A stretch of DNA of 64,000 nt. It comes from Thermomicrobiales bacterium. GTDB lineage: Bacteria; Chloroflexota; Chloroflexia; Thermomicrobiales; UBA6265. The notes below the pieces were generated by a model that saw only the letters and a program-made list of their open reading frames with translations, was not told where the DNA came from and did not search any database. The translations under genes were made by a program, and so were the position numbers. The DNA lies in contig DAOUDE010000062.1 in the NCBI GenBank assembly GCA_034431475.1, positions 21,192 to 85,191 of the forward strand, in the 5' to 3' direction. The stretch's first letter is position 1. Every line of letters begins with the position of its first letter. Below are positions 63,780 through 64,000 of the stretch, piece by piece.

Positions 63780-63855
63780 TGGAGCGGGGGACGAGACTCG
63801 AACTCGCGACAGCCTGCTTGGAAGGCAGGTACTCTACCAACTGAGTTACCCCCGC
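63780..63855 (-). tRNA. tRNA-Gly (anticodon UCC)
   Basis: The minus strand reads GCGGGGGTAACTCAGTTGGTAGAGTACCTGCCTTCCAAGCAGGCTGTCGCGAGTTCGAGTCTCGTCCCCCGCTCCA. It folds by hand into a full cloverleaf: 7-bp acceptor, 4-bp D arm, anticodon arm CCTGC-CTTCCAA-GCAGG, a T arm with TTCGAGT, discriminator U and an encoded CCA. Confidence 0.92.
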
Positions 63856-64000
63856 AACTGGCTGGCGAAGTGTACGCCTCCCGGCACCTCGAGGCAAGCG
63901 CACGAGGCCGCAGCGGGGTCAGACAGCCTGCTTCTCAAGCAGGCATTCAGGCCAATCGCAGGGCGTGCGTGAAGGCCGACCTCCGCCCATTCAGGGCACA

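Noticed and set aside
63905-63940. Second tRNA or att-site duplication suggested by a 12-nt match (GACAGCCTGCTT) to the tRNA-Gly anticodon-arm region
   Set aside because: Only a 7-bp stem / 3-nt loop hairpin (CCTGCTT-CTC-AAGCAGG) is present. There are no acceptor, D or T arms. The match is short and lies on the 5' side of the tRNA, which is not where a 3'-end att duplication would be.

Overview
High-GC (about 65-70 %) bacterial chromosomal window with dense, often translationally coupled genes. Gene content and the intergenic repeat families suggest a Chloroflexota/Thermomicrobia-like organism, but that is inference only. About 55 protein genes and one tRNA-Gly(UCC) are supportable. Recognisable blocks, in order: a family-5 ABC solute-binding protein; DUF72 plus a PHP/AlbA_2 fusion; CvpA; an M20 hydrolase; a coupled selD-rsmA-ispE-PASTA kinase operon; DUF952-MMPL-AttH; an FAD monooxygenase; an M48 protease; mutM; a Sir2 deacylase. 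Then come an ArsR regulator divergent from a trehalose/alpha-glucan cluster (treS, maltokinase, GH57 branching enzyme, malQ); ppa; rpmE; rplU-rpmA; and an amidase with a small AtzG/GatC-like partner. After an S41 protease lies an envelope-glycan cluster (GtrA, FAD oxidoreductase, two GT-C-like membrane proteins), then dTDP-sugar genes, a form-II coxSLM molybdenum hydroxylase, two aminotransferases and an ImuB-like cassette with an SOS-box-like palindrome. The best candidate for something new is a ~2 kb low-GC island (about 15.1-17.1 kb; hand counts 40-45 % GC versus 67-70 % in the flanks). It carries a three-gene minus-strand operon whose products I cannot assign to any family, which fits an acquired toxin-antitoxin or anti-phage cassette. 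Other notable points: three copies of a ~40-bp palindromic repeat inserted in-frame in ispE, with another copy serving as the coxM terminator; a ~300-bp nested inverted-repeat (MITE-like) cluster at 58.5 kb; an orphan 407-aa protein with a PD-(D/E)xK-like motif; and a lower-GC segment with an excisionase-like HTH gene next to the 3' end of the tRNA. All homology statements rest on motif recognition by eye; no searches were run.
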